A DNA stretch of 64,000 nt from an uncultured Thermoplasmatales archaeon (GTDB taxonomy: Archaea; Thermoplasmatota; E2; DHVEG-1): assembly GCA_964347865.1 (NCBI GenBank), contig CAYGAC010000044.1:105206-169205 (forward strand), written 5' to 3'. This document shows, one piece after another, positions 7,950-18,327 of the stretch (its first letter is position 1; the number at the start of each line of letters is the position of its first letter). The notes beneath the pieces were generated by a model. That model was not told where the DNA came from. It ran no database searches and saw nothing but the letters and a program-made list of their open reading frames with translations. The position numbers and the translations under genes are program-made.

Positions 7950-9665
7950 TCATAAAAAATTGATATATCTCAATAATTCTCTAGCGATTTCTTTATCATC
8001 AATCGAATTAATAAATCTCTCTTTTGTTTTATACGGTCTATTTGACAAAATTCTAGTAGCCCTTTTTTTACCAACACCGGGAATTGCCTCAAGAGTTGTT
8101 CTCGACACAGTGTTTATATGAATTGGAAATGGAATTGCTGTAATAGATCTGTACCCATAGTCTATCAATTTTACATTAAAAAATTTGTGTAAAGGGAAAA
8201 TACCTGGTATTCCAACAAGCAATGGATAGCTTCCGATTTGTCTACCAAAAGTTAATTTACCATCATAAATTTCTGTAAAAACATCTGTTAAAATTGTGCC
8301 TTTTGGAACGATTTTTTCAAGCATAGGTCGTTCAATATTTTCTCTTATTTTCTTTTTAAAACGGCGAAATTCAGTTTTATATTTTTTTACATTCTTATTT
8401 CCAAATGTAAATATTTTTGTACCTGGAATTGGTATAACCTGACGAAGATTGATTCTACGGATTTGAAGATTTTTATCACATATTTCCTTTAAAAAATTAT
8501 AATCAAATTCAAATGTTTTTTTTGTTTCTCCTTCTAATCCATAGACAAAATTCAAGCCGGGTAACAATTCAGGTAAACCATTGGCACCTCTTTTTGTGCC
8601 AATCTCATTTAAAAGTTTTATAGCTTTCATAACCTCGGCTGGTGATGCTTTGAGGTTATTTTTTTTAATAACTATAGGATCAGTACTTTCAACTCCTAAT
8701 GCAGCAACGTCACCAGAAGTGTGATACTTGATAATACTTTTGGCAATTTGTTTACATTCTTTTTGATATCTGGCAATTATTCCAGGGTTTGCATTATCAA
8801 TATGGAGAGTTTTTAAATTAGGAGCGTTATTTCTAATTCCCTTAAACAACTTTTCAATTGCAACAGGATTTGGTTTTGGAAATTCATTATCATCTGCATC
8901 TTTTGACATATATGAAAAAATACACGGTTGATTGCCAATTCGAAAATGTTGAATTGCCGATTTATAAAGTGAACTTATTTCATCTAGAATATCTTTAATA
9001 GCTCTAAATCTTGGTGGACCTTTACTCGGTTCACGACAAAAAGAGCAACCTCCAACAATACTTCTTGGACATCCTCTGTATGTTTCAATCTCTGCAATTA
9101 AATAATCAGGATAAAAGGGATGTTGATTTACTATATTTGAACCGAATATTGCATAATTCCTAATTGCATTGGGTTTCGATCTACATTTGGATGGATCTAT
9201 ATCACTAATTTTAAGATTGTTTCTTAATAAATCCACTATTACAATTTCCCCATCGCCATTTGCAATTATGTCAAAAACGTGCTTAACAACTTTCGTTTCT
9301 CTAACTTGCTTACCCCCAGATATTCCAAACCCGTATCGTGCAGCAGGTCCGGTTAATACCTTAATTGGTTTATTTAAACCATGTAAAATCGATATAATCT
9401 CATTAGGGCTTATTGGATAACCAGATAAGTATCTCCCAGGTACAGACATACCAGCAATCACAATAAGTAAATTAGAGTTAGACAGAATTTTTGAAAGAGA
9501 AATGTCTTTGCGAATTTGATCTATTGTATAGTAAAAAATCTGAGCATTTTTATAATGTTTCCAAATTGCACCGGCAATATAACGCGGATATGGACTAATA
9601 TAAGGTGGAACGCCAAGACATGTGGGCTCATCTACATATCCATCAATTATTATTGCTTTTAACAT
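7950..9665 (-). CDS. radical-SAM-superfamily Fe-S enzyme with C-terminal helix-hairpin-helix (COG1031-like)
   Basis: Cys cluster ETYRGCPRSIVGGCSFC, which is a non-canonical Cx7Cx2C spacing. TIM-barrel-like middle region. C-terminal HhH LEAIPGVGKKRATRIL. Confidence 0.5.
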   Translation of the reverse strand: MLKAIIIDGYVDEPTCLGVPPYISPYPRYIAGAIWKHYKNAQIFYYTIDQIRKDISLSKILSNSNLLIVIAGMSVPGRYLSGYPISPNEIISILHGLNKPIKVLTGPAARYGFGISGGKQVRETKVVKHVFDIIANGDGEIVIVDLLRNNLKISDIDPSKCRSKPNAIRNYAIFGSNIVNQHPFYPDYLIAEIETYRGCPRSIVGGCSFCREPSKGPPRFRAIKDILDEISSLYKSAIQHFRIGNQPCIFSYMSKDADDNEFPKPNPVAIEKLFKGIRNNAPNLKTLHIDNANPGIIARYQKECKQIAKSIIKYHTSGDVAALGVESTDPIVIKKNNLKASPAEVMKAIKLLNEIGTKRGANGLPELLPGLNFVYGLEGETKKTFEFDYNFLKEICDKNLQIRRINLRQVIPIPGTKIFTFGNKNVKKYKTEFRRFKKKIRENIERPMLEKIVPKGTILTDVFTEIYDGKLTFGRQIGSYPLLVGIPGIFPLHKFFNVKLIDYGYRSITAIPFPIHINTVSRTTLEAIPGVGKKRATRILSNRPYKTKERFINSIDDKEIARELLRYINFL

Positions 9666-9868
9666 TTTTTATTATAACATATCATTCACTAAAAAATTTA
9701 TTGTTTTAATACCTTCGATGAAATAATTAAAATTAAAAAGTTAATAAATATAATTTAACTTAATAATATAATTAATGGAATTTCTCCATGATATTAAAGA
9801 ATTTTTATCAGTTATAAATAACGAATGTTGCAAAAAATTTATATACTATTTATGTATATTTTCATAAT

Positions 9869-9930
9869 AAGGGGGTCAATTTTTTTGAAAATGATTCCTA
9901 TTACATCATTTTCCTCCCTTCTGACCCCTT
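9869..9930. repeat. stem-enclosed pyrimidine-core element, copy B (AAGGGGGTCA ... TGACCCCTT enclosing CATCATTTTCCTCCCTTC)
   Basis: Inverted repeat with a one-base bulge. Same loop core as copies A and C. Lies in a divergent intergenic region. Confidence 0.45.
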
Positions 9931-10126
9931 TATATATTCAAATTTTTTTAATATAAAAAAGGATTTAACAGATTTTTAAGAACAATATATTCACACATTT
10001 TAAATTTCGCTATTTTGTTAATTAGAATAATTTACCTTTTACTAATTAAACGAACTCTGATTTGCTCTTTGACCATGGTATTTAAATAGATAACTTTATA
10101 ACAGGGACTCTGATACGGCGTGAGAA

Positions 10127-10378
10127 TTGGGTGTAAATATGATTAACGCGTACATTTTATTAATGATGCAAACAGGAAGTTCGGAAAAAGCTATATCGGA
10201 GATGAGAAAAATTGAAAATGTAGAAAAAATCTCGGTTGTTGCAGGAGAATATGATATAGTTGTAAGGGTACGTGTAAAAAGTCTAGAAAAACTATTGAAG
10301 GTAACAAATAAGCTTCAAATGATAAATGGTGTGAAAAAAACAACAACTCAAGTAATAGAAAAAGAAATATCACTATGA
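10127..10378 (+). CDS. stand-alone Lrp/AsnC-type ligand-binding (RAM) domain protein
   Basis: 83 aa, INAYILLMMQTGSSEKAISEMRKIENVEKISVVAGEYDIVVRVRVKS, which is a typical RAM fold. Its stop overlaps the next start, implying translational coupling. Confidence 0.6.
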   Translation: MGVNMINAYILLMMQTGSSEKAISEMRKIENVEKISVVAGEYDIVVRVRVKSLEKLLKVTNKLQMINGVKKTTTQVIEKEISL

Positions 10379-11616
10379 AAATAAGAAGAAAATATCTCTT
10401 TTATGTATTAGCATTTTCATCCTCAATAATTATTGCCTTAGTTTCGACAATAGATGCAGGAATTAGTCAACTTTACATACCAGATGCATTAGCATTTGGT
10501 TTTTCATCTTTTCTAGTTGGAATAATTATTACCTTAGTCCTTGTATGTGCATTTTCAATACCTGTTAAGGGGAGAAGTCTTGGCTCTAGACTTATCGATC
10601 CATCTTTCAAAAGATTACGTTTCGTAAGAAAGGAAGAATTAAAGTATCATATAATAGCATCCTTAGGAAATTCTATACTAACCATTGGTTATCTCTTCTT
10701 ACTATCTATGTTCAAAGATCCTTCTACTGTGCTCCCCTTTTCACAAATTGTTATTTTGTATCTTATTCTCATTGAATCAATTACTGAAAAAAATATACCG
10801 ACACTTTCAGAAATTCAGTCATCTCTAATTGTTACGTTTGGAGCTATACTTGGCTCAATATCCTTAACAGGAACTATTAAACTTGAATCACTAGCAATAG
10901 TGTTTCTAGTAATAAATCCTGCATGGATTTTATTTTCCATTTATCAAAGAAAATTAAAAATTATGAAAATCAATAATAGGCCAAATGATTCTCTAAATAT
11001 TCGTTTTTGGAATGTTGTATTTGCATGTATGTTTACCGTATTAATTGTAATTATTTATGACATCATTTATAGAACGAATCATTTTTTAGGGGGTATAACG
11101 GCATCAATAGAATATTTTAATTGGGTCGCATTATCAATGGGAATTACCTTTTTTTCATATGTATTTTATATTCGCGCATTAGGGATTGGAAAAGCAAGTG
11201 TAACACAAGCAGTTAGAGCATCAACTGTTTTCTTCGCTATTCCTTTTTCCATTATATTATCATACTTCAATATCATTCCGCCATTTTCAACAGATCCGAC
11301 AATGATTTTAATAAAAATTATTGGAACGATTTTAGTCATTCTTGGTATAACTTCATTTGCACTAACTCTAGTAAAAGCATATATTTTCATTAATGTCAAA
11401 CCCGGATACTCTATAGATGAAACAATGAAAAAATTATGGAATATCAATGGTGTAACACGAGTAACTGCGATTGCAGGTTCTTATGATTTTATTGTGAAGA
11501 TTAGAATACGTACCTTAGTAAAAGGATATGAAAGAATAATCCGCAAATTAGAACAAATTGAAGCAATAAAAAAATACAAATGGGAGTCAGTTCTTAAAGA
11601 ATGGGAAAACATATAA
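10375..11616 (+). CDS. polytopic membrane protein (about 10 TM, DMT/EamA-like topology) fused to a C-terminal RAM domain
   Basis: The first roughly 330 aa are TM-rich. The last roughly 80 aa (NINGVTRVTAIAGSYDFIVKIRIRTLVKGYERIIRKLEQIE) resemble an Lrp-type ligand-binding domain. Confidence 0.5.
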   Translation: MKIRRKYLFYVLAFSSSIIIALVSTIDAGISQLYIPDALAFGFSSFLVGIIITLVLVCAFSIPVKGRSLGSRLIDPSFKRLRFVRKEELKYHIIASLGNSILTIGYLFLLSMFKDPSTVLPFSQIVILYLILIESITEKNIPTLSEIQSSLIVTFGAILGSISLTGTIKLESLAIVFLVINPAWILFSIYQRKLKIMKINNRPNDSLNIRFWNVVFACMFTVLIVIIYDIIYRTNHFLGGITASIEYFNWVALSMGITFFSYVFYIRALGIGKASVTQAVRASTVFFAIPFSIILSYFNIIPPFSTDPTMILIKIIGTILVILGITSFALTLVKAYIFINVKPGYSIDETMKKLWNINGVTRVTAIAGSYDFIVKIRIRTLVKGYERIIRKLEQIEAIKKYKWESVLKEWENI

Positions 11617-11676
11617 TTCAACACTTAGGAAAACTATTTCATTATTTTCTTTATTCTTCCTCTCTAAGGTTTAAAT

Positions 11677-12783
11677 ATGATTGATAAAAGATTGGAAAAA
11701 TTAGCATATATATTGGTAAATCATTCATTGAAACTAAAGAAAGATGATTTGTTTGTTATATCAGGTGGTATTATTGCAGCTCCTCTTATAAAAGAAGTAT
11801 ATAAGCAAGCGATAAAAGCTGGTGCACATCCATATATCAGAATAGGAATTGATGGTCTAGCTGAGATATATTATAAAAATGCTTCAGAGAGACAACTCAA
11901 ATTCATGTCACCTATAGATAAGTTTGAAACAGAACGTATTGATGCGCGACTTGGTATAATAAGTTCAGAAAATACAAGAAGTCTTACAAATATTGATCCT
12001 GAAAAACAGGCAATGGCTAGTGTTGCCCATAAGGAAATTCATGAAATATTTCTTGAGCGAGCGGCTAAAAAAGAGTTACGATGGTGTGTTACGCAATATC
12101 CAACCAACGCAGCTGCTCAAGATTCTGATATGTCACTTGAAGAATATGAAGATTTTATATTTAAAGCAGCTCATGTAGGGAAAAAAGATCCTATACGCTA
12201 TTGGAAAAATGTATTCAAAGAACAAGAAAAAATTAGAAAGCTACTTGAACCTAAGAAAAAATTGCATATATTAGCTAAAGATACTGATTTAACAATTACT
12301 GTTACAGGTAGAAAATGGATTAACTGTTATGGAAAAGAGAATTTTCCTGATGGTGAAATATTTACTGGTCCCATAGAAGATTCAGCAGAAGGACAGATCA
12401 GCTATTCTTTCCCTGCTTCTCATGGTGGAAGAGAGGTTAATGACATTCAGCTATGGTTCAAAAAGGGCAAGGCTGTCAAAGCAAAAGCTTCTAAAGGTGA
12501 GAAATTTCTAAATTCTATGCTTAATATGGACAAAGGATCAAGAAAAATTGGAGAATTTTCCTTTGGTACAAATTATGGTATTAAAAAGTATACAAAAAAT
12601 ACGTTATTTGATGAAAAAATCGGAGGTACAATTCACGTTGCAGTTGGTAGTGGATATCCTGAAACTGGAGGTAAAAATAAATCAAGTTTACATTGGGATA
12701 TGATGTGTGATTTACGGAAAAACGGCGAAGTTTATGCAGATGGCAAACTTATTTATAAAAATGGTAAGTTTTTAAATTTGTAG
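11677..12783 (+). CDS. aminopeptidase, M29 family (aminopeptidase T/S-like)
   Basis: Overall architecture and N-terminal region (EKLAYILVNHSLKLKKDDLFVISG) resemble AmpS/PepS thermophilic metallo-aminopeptidases. 368 aa. Confidence 0.55.
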   Translation: MIDKRLEKLAYILVNHSLKLKKDDLFVISGGIIAAPLIKEVYKQAIKAGAHPYIRIGIDGLAEIYYKNASERQLKFMSPIDKFETERIDARLGIISSENTRSLTNIDPEKQAMASVAHKEIHEIFLERAAKKELRWCVTQYPTNAAAQDSDMSLEEYEDFIFKAAHVGKKDPIRYWKNVFKEQEKIRKLLEPKKKLHILAKDTDLTITVTGRKWINCYGKENFPDGEIFTGPIEDSAEGQISYSFPASHGGREVNDIQLWFKKGKAVKAKASKGEKFLNSMLNMDKGSRKIGEFSFGTNYGIKKYTKNTLFDEKIGGTIHVAVGSGYPETGGKNKSSLHWDMMCDLRKNGEVYADGKLIYKNGKFLNL

Positions 12784-12866
12784 CTTAAAATCAAAATTTT
12801 ATCAAATTAACTCAGATTTGATTATAAAAAATCTATAAATAAGATATCTTCATTCCTTGTTTTACA

Positions 12867-14300
12867 ATGTGCGGAATAATTGGTATTATTGGGGGAAAAC
12901 CAGTTTCTCGTCTTATCTATCATGGTTTATTTTCTGTACAGCATCGTGGCCAGTCTTCTGCTGGAAAATTAACGTATGATGGAAATATCCATGTAACAAA
13001 AGAGGTGGGATTAGTACGGGATGTTTTTAATGACGAAAAAAAGATAGATACTCCAGGTAATATCGGAATTGGTCATACCCGATATTCTACTGCAGGAATG
13101 GACGATATTGAATCATTAAAAACAAATGCACAGCCCGAATATTTAGTAAATCCTTTTTTAGCAGTAGTCCATAATGGCAATATTTACAATTGTTCTGAAA
13201 TGGCAAAAAAAACAAAGAGAAAACCACGAACAGATTGTGATATTCAGTGGTTATTATTAACTATGGCAGACTATCTATACAAAAAAGAGTTAGATGCAAA
13301 TGTAATTTTTGATGCTTGTGAAAAACTCATGCATCAACTGAAAGGAAGTTACTCTGCATTATATGTCGCCGATTCTGGAGATAACCCTTTTCTTTTTGCC
13401 ATGACTGATCCTCGAAAAATTAGACCATTAGTCTTAGGTAAATCAGATGATTTATATTGTCTTACTTCAGAAACACGAGTTTTTAAAAAAATTAATTTTG
13501 AATATATAAAAGATATTGCTGGAGGTTCAGTAGTTGTAATTGATAAGTTTGGAAATGTTCATGAAAAACAAATAATAAAAAAACAAGAGCTGCCATGTAT
13601 GTTTGAATTTGTTTATTTTGCAAAACCTGATTCACGGATTAATAAAAAATCAATACACTTAGTACGTGATGAGATTGGTAAATTACTTGCTAAAGAACAT
13701 CCTGTTGAAGCTGATATTGTAGTTCCAGTTCCAGAATCTGGAAGAAGATATGCTCATGGTTTTTCCAGAGAATCAGGAATATCCATAGATGAGGGAATAA
13801 TGAAGGATAAGGATGAACGTTCTTTTATACATCAAACCCAGGAAACTAGAGATAAAGTAGTTGAAGAAGGATTATCATTTCTTCGTTCGGTTGTGAAAGG
13901 AAAACGAGTTGTTTTGTTGGATGATTCGATTGTCAGGGGAACGAATATTAGGAAAATTGTTCGCGGGATAAAAAATGCCGGTGCAACAGATGTTCATGTG
14001 AGAATTGGTTGCCCACCTCTCGTTGCTCCATGTTTTCTTGGAATAGATATGAGAAGTAAAAAGGAATTTATTGCTCGTGATAAAAATGGTGAAATTAGAA
14101 AATTAAATGATATTGCTAAAGAAATTGGTGCTGATTCTTTGGCTTATATAAGTATACCTAATTTAGAGAAGGCCATTGGATCCCATATTTGTAAAGGTTG
14201 CATAGACTTTCCTGATGGATACCCTCCAGAAATGCAAAATGATGTAAAAAATCTTATTAAAAATGATGCTATATTTGGAAGAGCATATGAATGTATCTAG
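12867..14300 (+). CDS. purF: amidophosphoribosyltransferase
   Basis: MCGIIGIIG N-terminal nucleophile Cys (class II glutamine amidotransferase). PRTase motif VVLLDDSIVRGTN. Phosphoribosyl-binding VVPVPESGRRYAHGFS. Confidence 0.85.
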   Translation: MCGIIGIIGGKPVSRLIYHGLFSVQHRGQSSAGKLTYDGNIHVTKEVGLVRDVFNDEKKIDTPGNIGIGHTRYSTAGMDDIESLKTNAQPEYLVNPFLAVVHNGNIYNCSEMAKKTKRKPRTDCDIQWLLLTMADYLYKKELDANVIFDACEKLMHQLKGSYSALYVADSGDNPFLFAMTDPRKIRPLVLGKSDDLYCLTSETRVFKKINFEYIKDIAGGSVVVIDKFGNVHEKQIIKKQELPCMFEFVYFAKPDSRINKKSIHLVRDEIGKLLAKEHPVEADIVVPVPESGRRYAHGFSRESGISIDEGIMKDKDERSFIHQTQETRDKVVEEGLSFLRSVVKGKRVVLLDDSIVRGTNIRKIVRGIKNAGATDVHVRIGCPPLVAPCFLGIDMRSKKEFIARDKNGEIRKLNDIAKEIGADSLAYISIPNLEKAIGSHICKGCIDFPDGYPPEMQNDVKNLIKNDAIFGRAYECI

Positions 14301-14327
14301 GAGTTAAACATTTATATCGGTAATATT

Positions 14328-14636
14328 ATGATTGAAATTGTTAATGGTACCCTAGAAGAACAGATTATAAAAATTTTACAAAAATTATATCCAATAACTG
14401 TGCAGGACATTGAAGAAAAACTTCATGTGTCAAGAAGAATGATTTTAAGAGTTTTACAAAAATTACAAGTTAAAGGTATAGTACAGCTTGAGCCCCTCAG
14501 TGATAAAACATATATTAGATTATTACGAAACGATTTTAGTTTTGTAGGAAAAAGAAGACAACGGAAATTTATAAAGCATTATAAAGGGAAGAAAAAACAA
14601 GAACCAGAAGAATATGAAGGCATAATGTATTCTTAG
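14328..14636 (+). CDS. small winged-helix DNA-binding protein
   Basis: 102 aa. A wHTH-like segment (QDIEEKLHVSRRMILRVLQKLQVKGIVQ) and a basic C-terminal tail. Confidence 0.35.
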   Translation: MIEIVNGTLEEQIIKILQKLYPITVQDIEEKLHVSRRMILRVLQKLQVKGIVQLEPLSDKTYIRLLRNDFSFVGKRRQRKFIKHYKGKKKQEPEEYEGIMYS

Positions 14637-14745
14637 ATTGTTATAATTAAAAAATAGGAAAAAAGATAAACTAATATATTGTTTTGCAATGCAACTGAAT
14701 TAAACAATTTTTTAAACGAATTTCATATTACTGTGGAGTAGAGAG

Positions 14746-16461
14746 ATGGAAGCGTCAGTTATTGAACTTAAAGAAAAAATAGATAGTGAAAAGTATCTTA
14801 ATACAATTGGAAAACCAAAAATTGCATATTTTTCAATGGAGATTGGTTTAGATAAACGCATCCCAACGTATAGTGGCGGACTTGGCATTTTAGCTGGCGA
14901 TACATTAAAATCTTGTGCAGATCTAAATGTACCTATAGTTGGTGTTACACTGCTTTGTGAAAATGGATATTTCTATCAAAAAATTGATGAAGAGGGAAAC
15001 CAAATCGAGTTGCCAATTAATTTTAATATCAATGATTTTCTTACTCTTCTCCCTAGTAAAACAAATGTGACAATCGAGGATAGAATTGTTGGTATACGAA
15101 TTTGGCTTTACTTAATTAAAGGATTAACAGGATATTTAGTTCCAGTTTTTTACCTTGACACCAATGTTAAAAGTAACAATGAAGTGGATAGAGAAATAAC
15201 AAAACAACTTTATGGCGGAGATGATAAATATCGTCTTGCTCAAGAGATTGTTTTAGGTATTGGTGGAATTAGAGCATTGCGGGCGCTTGGTTATAAAACA
15301 ATTGACAAATATCATATGAATGAAGGTCATGCCGCACTTGGTACATTAGAACTTTATCGAGAATTAGAAAATATTGAAAAGGTAAGAGAACAATGTGTAT
15401 TTACAACACATACCCCCGTTGCCGCAGGTCATGATCAATTTGATCTTACTTTTGTAAAACCTATGGTAGGAGCGATTTTACCGGAATCTATTATCAACGA
15501 GATTACATTTGAAAATAAACTAAATATGACTAGACTTGCTCTTTTTTTCAGTCATTATGTTAATGGTGTTGCAAAAAAACATGGCGAGATTTCGAGATCG
15601 ATGTTTCCAGGTTATTCAATTGACTCTATTACAAATGGTGTTCATACGCCTACATGGGTTTCTGAACCATTTCAAAATTTATTTGACAAGCATATGCCTG
15701 GTTGGCGATCTGATCCATATATTCTTAGATCGACATTTAGTATAGATAAAAGTGAGATTTGGGCTGCCCATGTAGAAGCTAAGAAAAAACTTATAGATTT
15801 TGTCAACACAAGATATAATGTTGGTATGAACTATGATGATTTCACTATCGGTTTTGCTCGAAGACAAACTGCATACAAAAGACCTGATCTTTTACTATCT
15901 GATCCAGAAAGACTCGGAAAAATTGCTGAAAAAATAGGATCAATACAAATCATTTATGCTGGAAAAGCACATCCAAAGGATGGGTCTGGTAAAGAAGCCA
16001 TAAAAAAAATTTATAATGTTATGCATACAATAAATGGAAAAATAAAAATTGTCTATATACACAATTATGATATATCTATTGGAAAATTAATGACTGCAGG
16101 TGTGGATCTATGGTTGAATACTCCTCGTAGACCAAAGGAAGCCTCAGGAACTTCTGGGATGAAAGCTGCACATAATGGAGTTCCACAATTCAGTACATTA
16201 GATGGTTGGTGGCTAGAAGGATGTGTTGAAAACATCACAGGATGGGCTATAGGCCCAGAAAAAACACATGAAAAAGAATCTGATGATGAAGTCGATAGAA
16301 ATGATCTTTATAATAAACTTGAAAATTGGATAATTCCAAAGTTTTACAACGATAGGGACAACTGGATAAGAACAATGAGAAGTTGTATTGCTATAAATGC
16401 ATCGTTCTTTAATACAAACAGAATGATTCAACAATATGTTTTAAATGCCTATTTTATGTAG
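14746..16461 (+). CDS. glgP: alpha-glucan (glycogen/maltodextrin) phosphorylase, GT35
   Basis: PLP-lysine region EASGTSGMKAAHNG (consensus EASGTSNMK). N-terminal GGLGILAGD. 571 aa, short-type phosphorylase. Confidence 0.75.
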   Translation: MEASVIELKEKIDSEKYLNTIGKPKIAYFSMEIGLDKRIPTYSGGLGILAGDTLKSCADLNVPIVGVTLLCENGYFYQKIDEEGNQIELPINFNINDFLTLLPSKTNVTIEDRIVGIRIWLYLIKGLTGYLVPVFYLDTNVKSNNEVDREITKQLYGGDDKYRLAQEIVLGIGGIRALRALGYKTIDKYHMNEGHAALGTLELYRELENIEKVREQCVFTTHTPVAAGHDQFDLTFVKPMVGAILPESIINEITFENKLNMTRLALFFSHYVNGVAKKHGEISRSMFPGYSIDSITNGVHTPTWVSEPFQNLFDKHMPGWRSDPYILRSTFSIDKSEIWAAHVEAKKKLIDFVNTRYNVGMNYDDFTIGFARRQTAYKRPDLLLSDPERLGKIAEKIGSIQIIYAGKAHPKDGSGKEAIKKIYNVMHTINGKIKIVYIHNYDISIGKLMTAGVDLWLNTPRRPKEASGTSGMKAAHNGVPQFSTLDGWWLEGCVENITGWAIGPEKTHEKESDDEVDRNDLYNKLENWIIPKFYNDRDNWIRTMRSCIAINASFFNTNRMIQQYVLNAYFM

Positions 16462-18309
16462 TAAAATATTCTCATATTTTGGAGTTATGTTTTCAATATC
16501 TTCTACCCATGAACGGAGTATTTCTGCTACGCTCCAAGCTTGTGTAATACAACCGCGAGGAAGGTATGGAGAATCTCCATCAAATATTTCATAAATAGAA
16601 CCATCCCAATTATCACCAAAAATATCAAACATAGGTTTTAAAAAATTCTGAAATGCATATTCTCTCCATATTGGTTCGTGGTTCTTTATTTTAATGAATG
16701 CTTTAATAAATGGGCCTAAAAGCCAGGGCCATATCGTACCGTTATGATATGCAATATCCTTATTGTAATCACCAATATATGTTCCTATATATCTTGAATC
16801 GTCTTTTGATAGGGTTCGTAAACCAAATAATGTAAGTAAATTTTTTTGAACATCATTTACTATCTTTTCTTTTCGATCTTTATCTAACATAGAAAAATCA
16901 AGGGAAACAAGAAAAATTTGATTAGGTCTAAACGACAGATCTTTTGAATCTATGACATCATATTGCTGTACAAATTGTATATTAAAACTTTCTTTTACTT
17001 TTTCTGCTAAATCAGAATAGATGTCTTCCTTATTCAATAATCCAGCAAAATTACTCATTATTTTTAGGGCGTTAAACCACAAAGCCTGAATCTCAACTGC
17101 TTTTTGTGAGCGGGGTGTTGGGTAATAATCTCCAATTTTTACATCCATCCAAGTTAGTCCTTCTTTATGACTAATTAAGTAATCTTCATCCATATGAATG
17201 TTGTAGTCTGTTCCATTTCTATAATTATCAATTATAGAATGTAATACCTCCCATACCTTTTCTATAAAATTTAGATCATTTGTGTATTTCATATATTGAT
17301 ATATTCTATCTATATACCATAATGAAGCATCAGCTGTATTATATACAGCTTTGGAATCTCTATCCATAAATGCATTTGGAATTAAACCCTTTCTACAATA
17401 CCTGCTAAAACTTAAAAGTATATTTTTTCCATCATCAAACCTTTTTGTAATAAAAGCAATTCCTGGAAGAGATATCAGTGTGTCTCTTCCCCAATCACTA
17501 AACCAATGATAACCAGCTATAATCGATTTATTATTATCTTTTTTTACAATGAAATTATCAGTTGACAAAACAAGTTTGTAAAATTTTTTAGGAAGTTCTG
17601 TTCGTTCTAGTAATCTTTTCTTTCTTTGAATTTCCTGTAAATATATATCTAAAGGATTTTCATATAAATTATTTTCAAGTGTGAAAATGACATGGTATTC
17701 ACAAGAACTTTTGATAGTTTTATAGAAATTTCCAATATGAACACAATTATCTATCCACGAATCATTTCTTTCGCGATCCTTTTCGTAATGATATTCTATC
17801 CAATTTTCTTTTGGTTTATACAAACAATCTCTCAATATAATTTTAAGCGTTATGTCTACGTTACTAGGTTTTATACTGACTCCATGTTTGAATAAATTTT
17901 GATCATAAGTAACATTGTGTTGTTCATTTGTATCATAAAAATGTCGGGAGTTTATTACAGGTTCATGTGTAATTAAAATTGGTTTATCTGTTTGAATTTC
18001 ATATTTTATAACTGTCGTATTTTTTTGATATTCCATAAAAATTGTTTTTTTTAATTTTACATCTTCAATCTCATAGAGAAATGATGGATATATATTAAAA
18101 TTAAAATTACTTTTATAATCCCGTAAAAAATAAACTTTACCCTTTATATTGATAATATCATACATATTTGATACAAACATCCACCTATTTGTTGGTGGAT
18201 TCAAACTTGCCACTAATAAACCATTATATTTTCTGACGTTATCATTAGAATAAGCTAAAGAAGCATAGCTTCCAAGACCATTTGTAACTATCCATTCTCT
18301 CATAATCAA
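16441..18309 (-). CDS. glycogen debranching enzyme (amylo-alpha-1,6-glucosidase, GDE-type)
   Basis: GDE C-terminal catalytic motif GYHWFSDWGRDTLISLPG. 622 aa with an N-terminal GDE_N-like region. Convergently overlaps the glgP 3' end by 21 nt. Confidence 0.7.
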   Translation of the reverse strand: MIMREWIVTNGLGSYASLAYSNDNVRKYNGLLVASLNPPTNRWMFVSNMYDIINIKGKVYFLRDYKSNFNFNIYPSFLYEIEDVKLKKTIFMEYQKNTTVIKYEIQTDKPILITHEPVINSRHFYDTNEQHNVTYDQNLFKHGVSIKPSNVDITLKIILRDCLYKPKENWIEYHYEKDRERNDSWIDNCVHIGNFYKTIKSSCEYHVIFTLENNLYENPLDIYLQEIQRKKRLLERTELPKKFYKLVLSTDNFIVKKDNNKSIIAGYHWFSDWGRDTLISLPGIAFITKRFDDGKNILLSFSRYCRKGLIPNAFMDRDSKAVYNTADASLWYIDRIYQYMKYTNDLNFIEKVWEVLHSIIDNYRNGTDYNIHMDEDYLISHKEGLTWMDVKIGDYYPTPRSQKAVEIQALWFNALKIMSNFAGLLNKEDIYSDLAEKVKESFNIQFVQQYDVIDSKDLSFRPNQIFLVSLDFSMLDKDRKEKIVNDVQKNLLTLFGLRTLSKDDSRYIGTYIGDYNKDIAYHNGTIWPWLLGPFIKAFIKIKNHEPIWREYAFQNFLKPMFDIFGDNWDGSIYEIFDGDSPYLPRGCITQAWSVAEILRSWVEDIENITPKYENILLHKIGI

Positions 18310-18327
18310 CTTAAGAATTCCAGTTTA

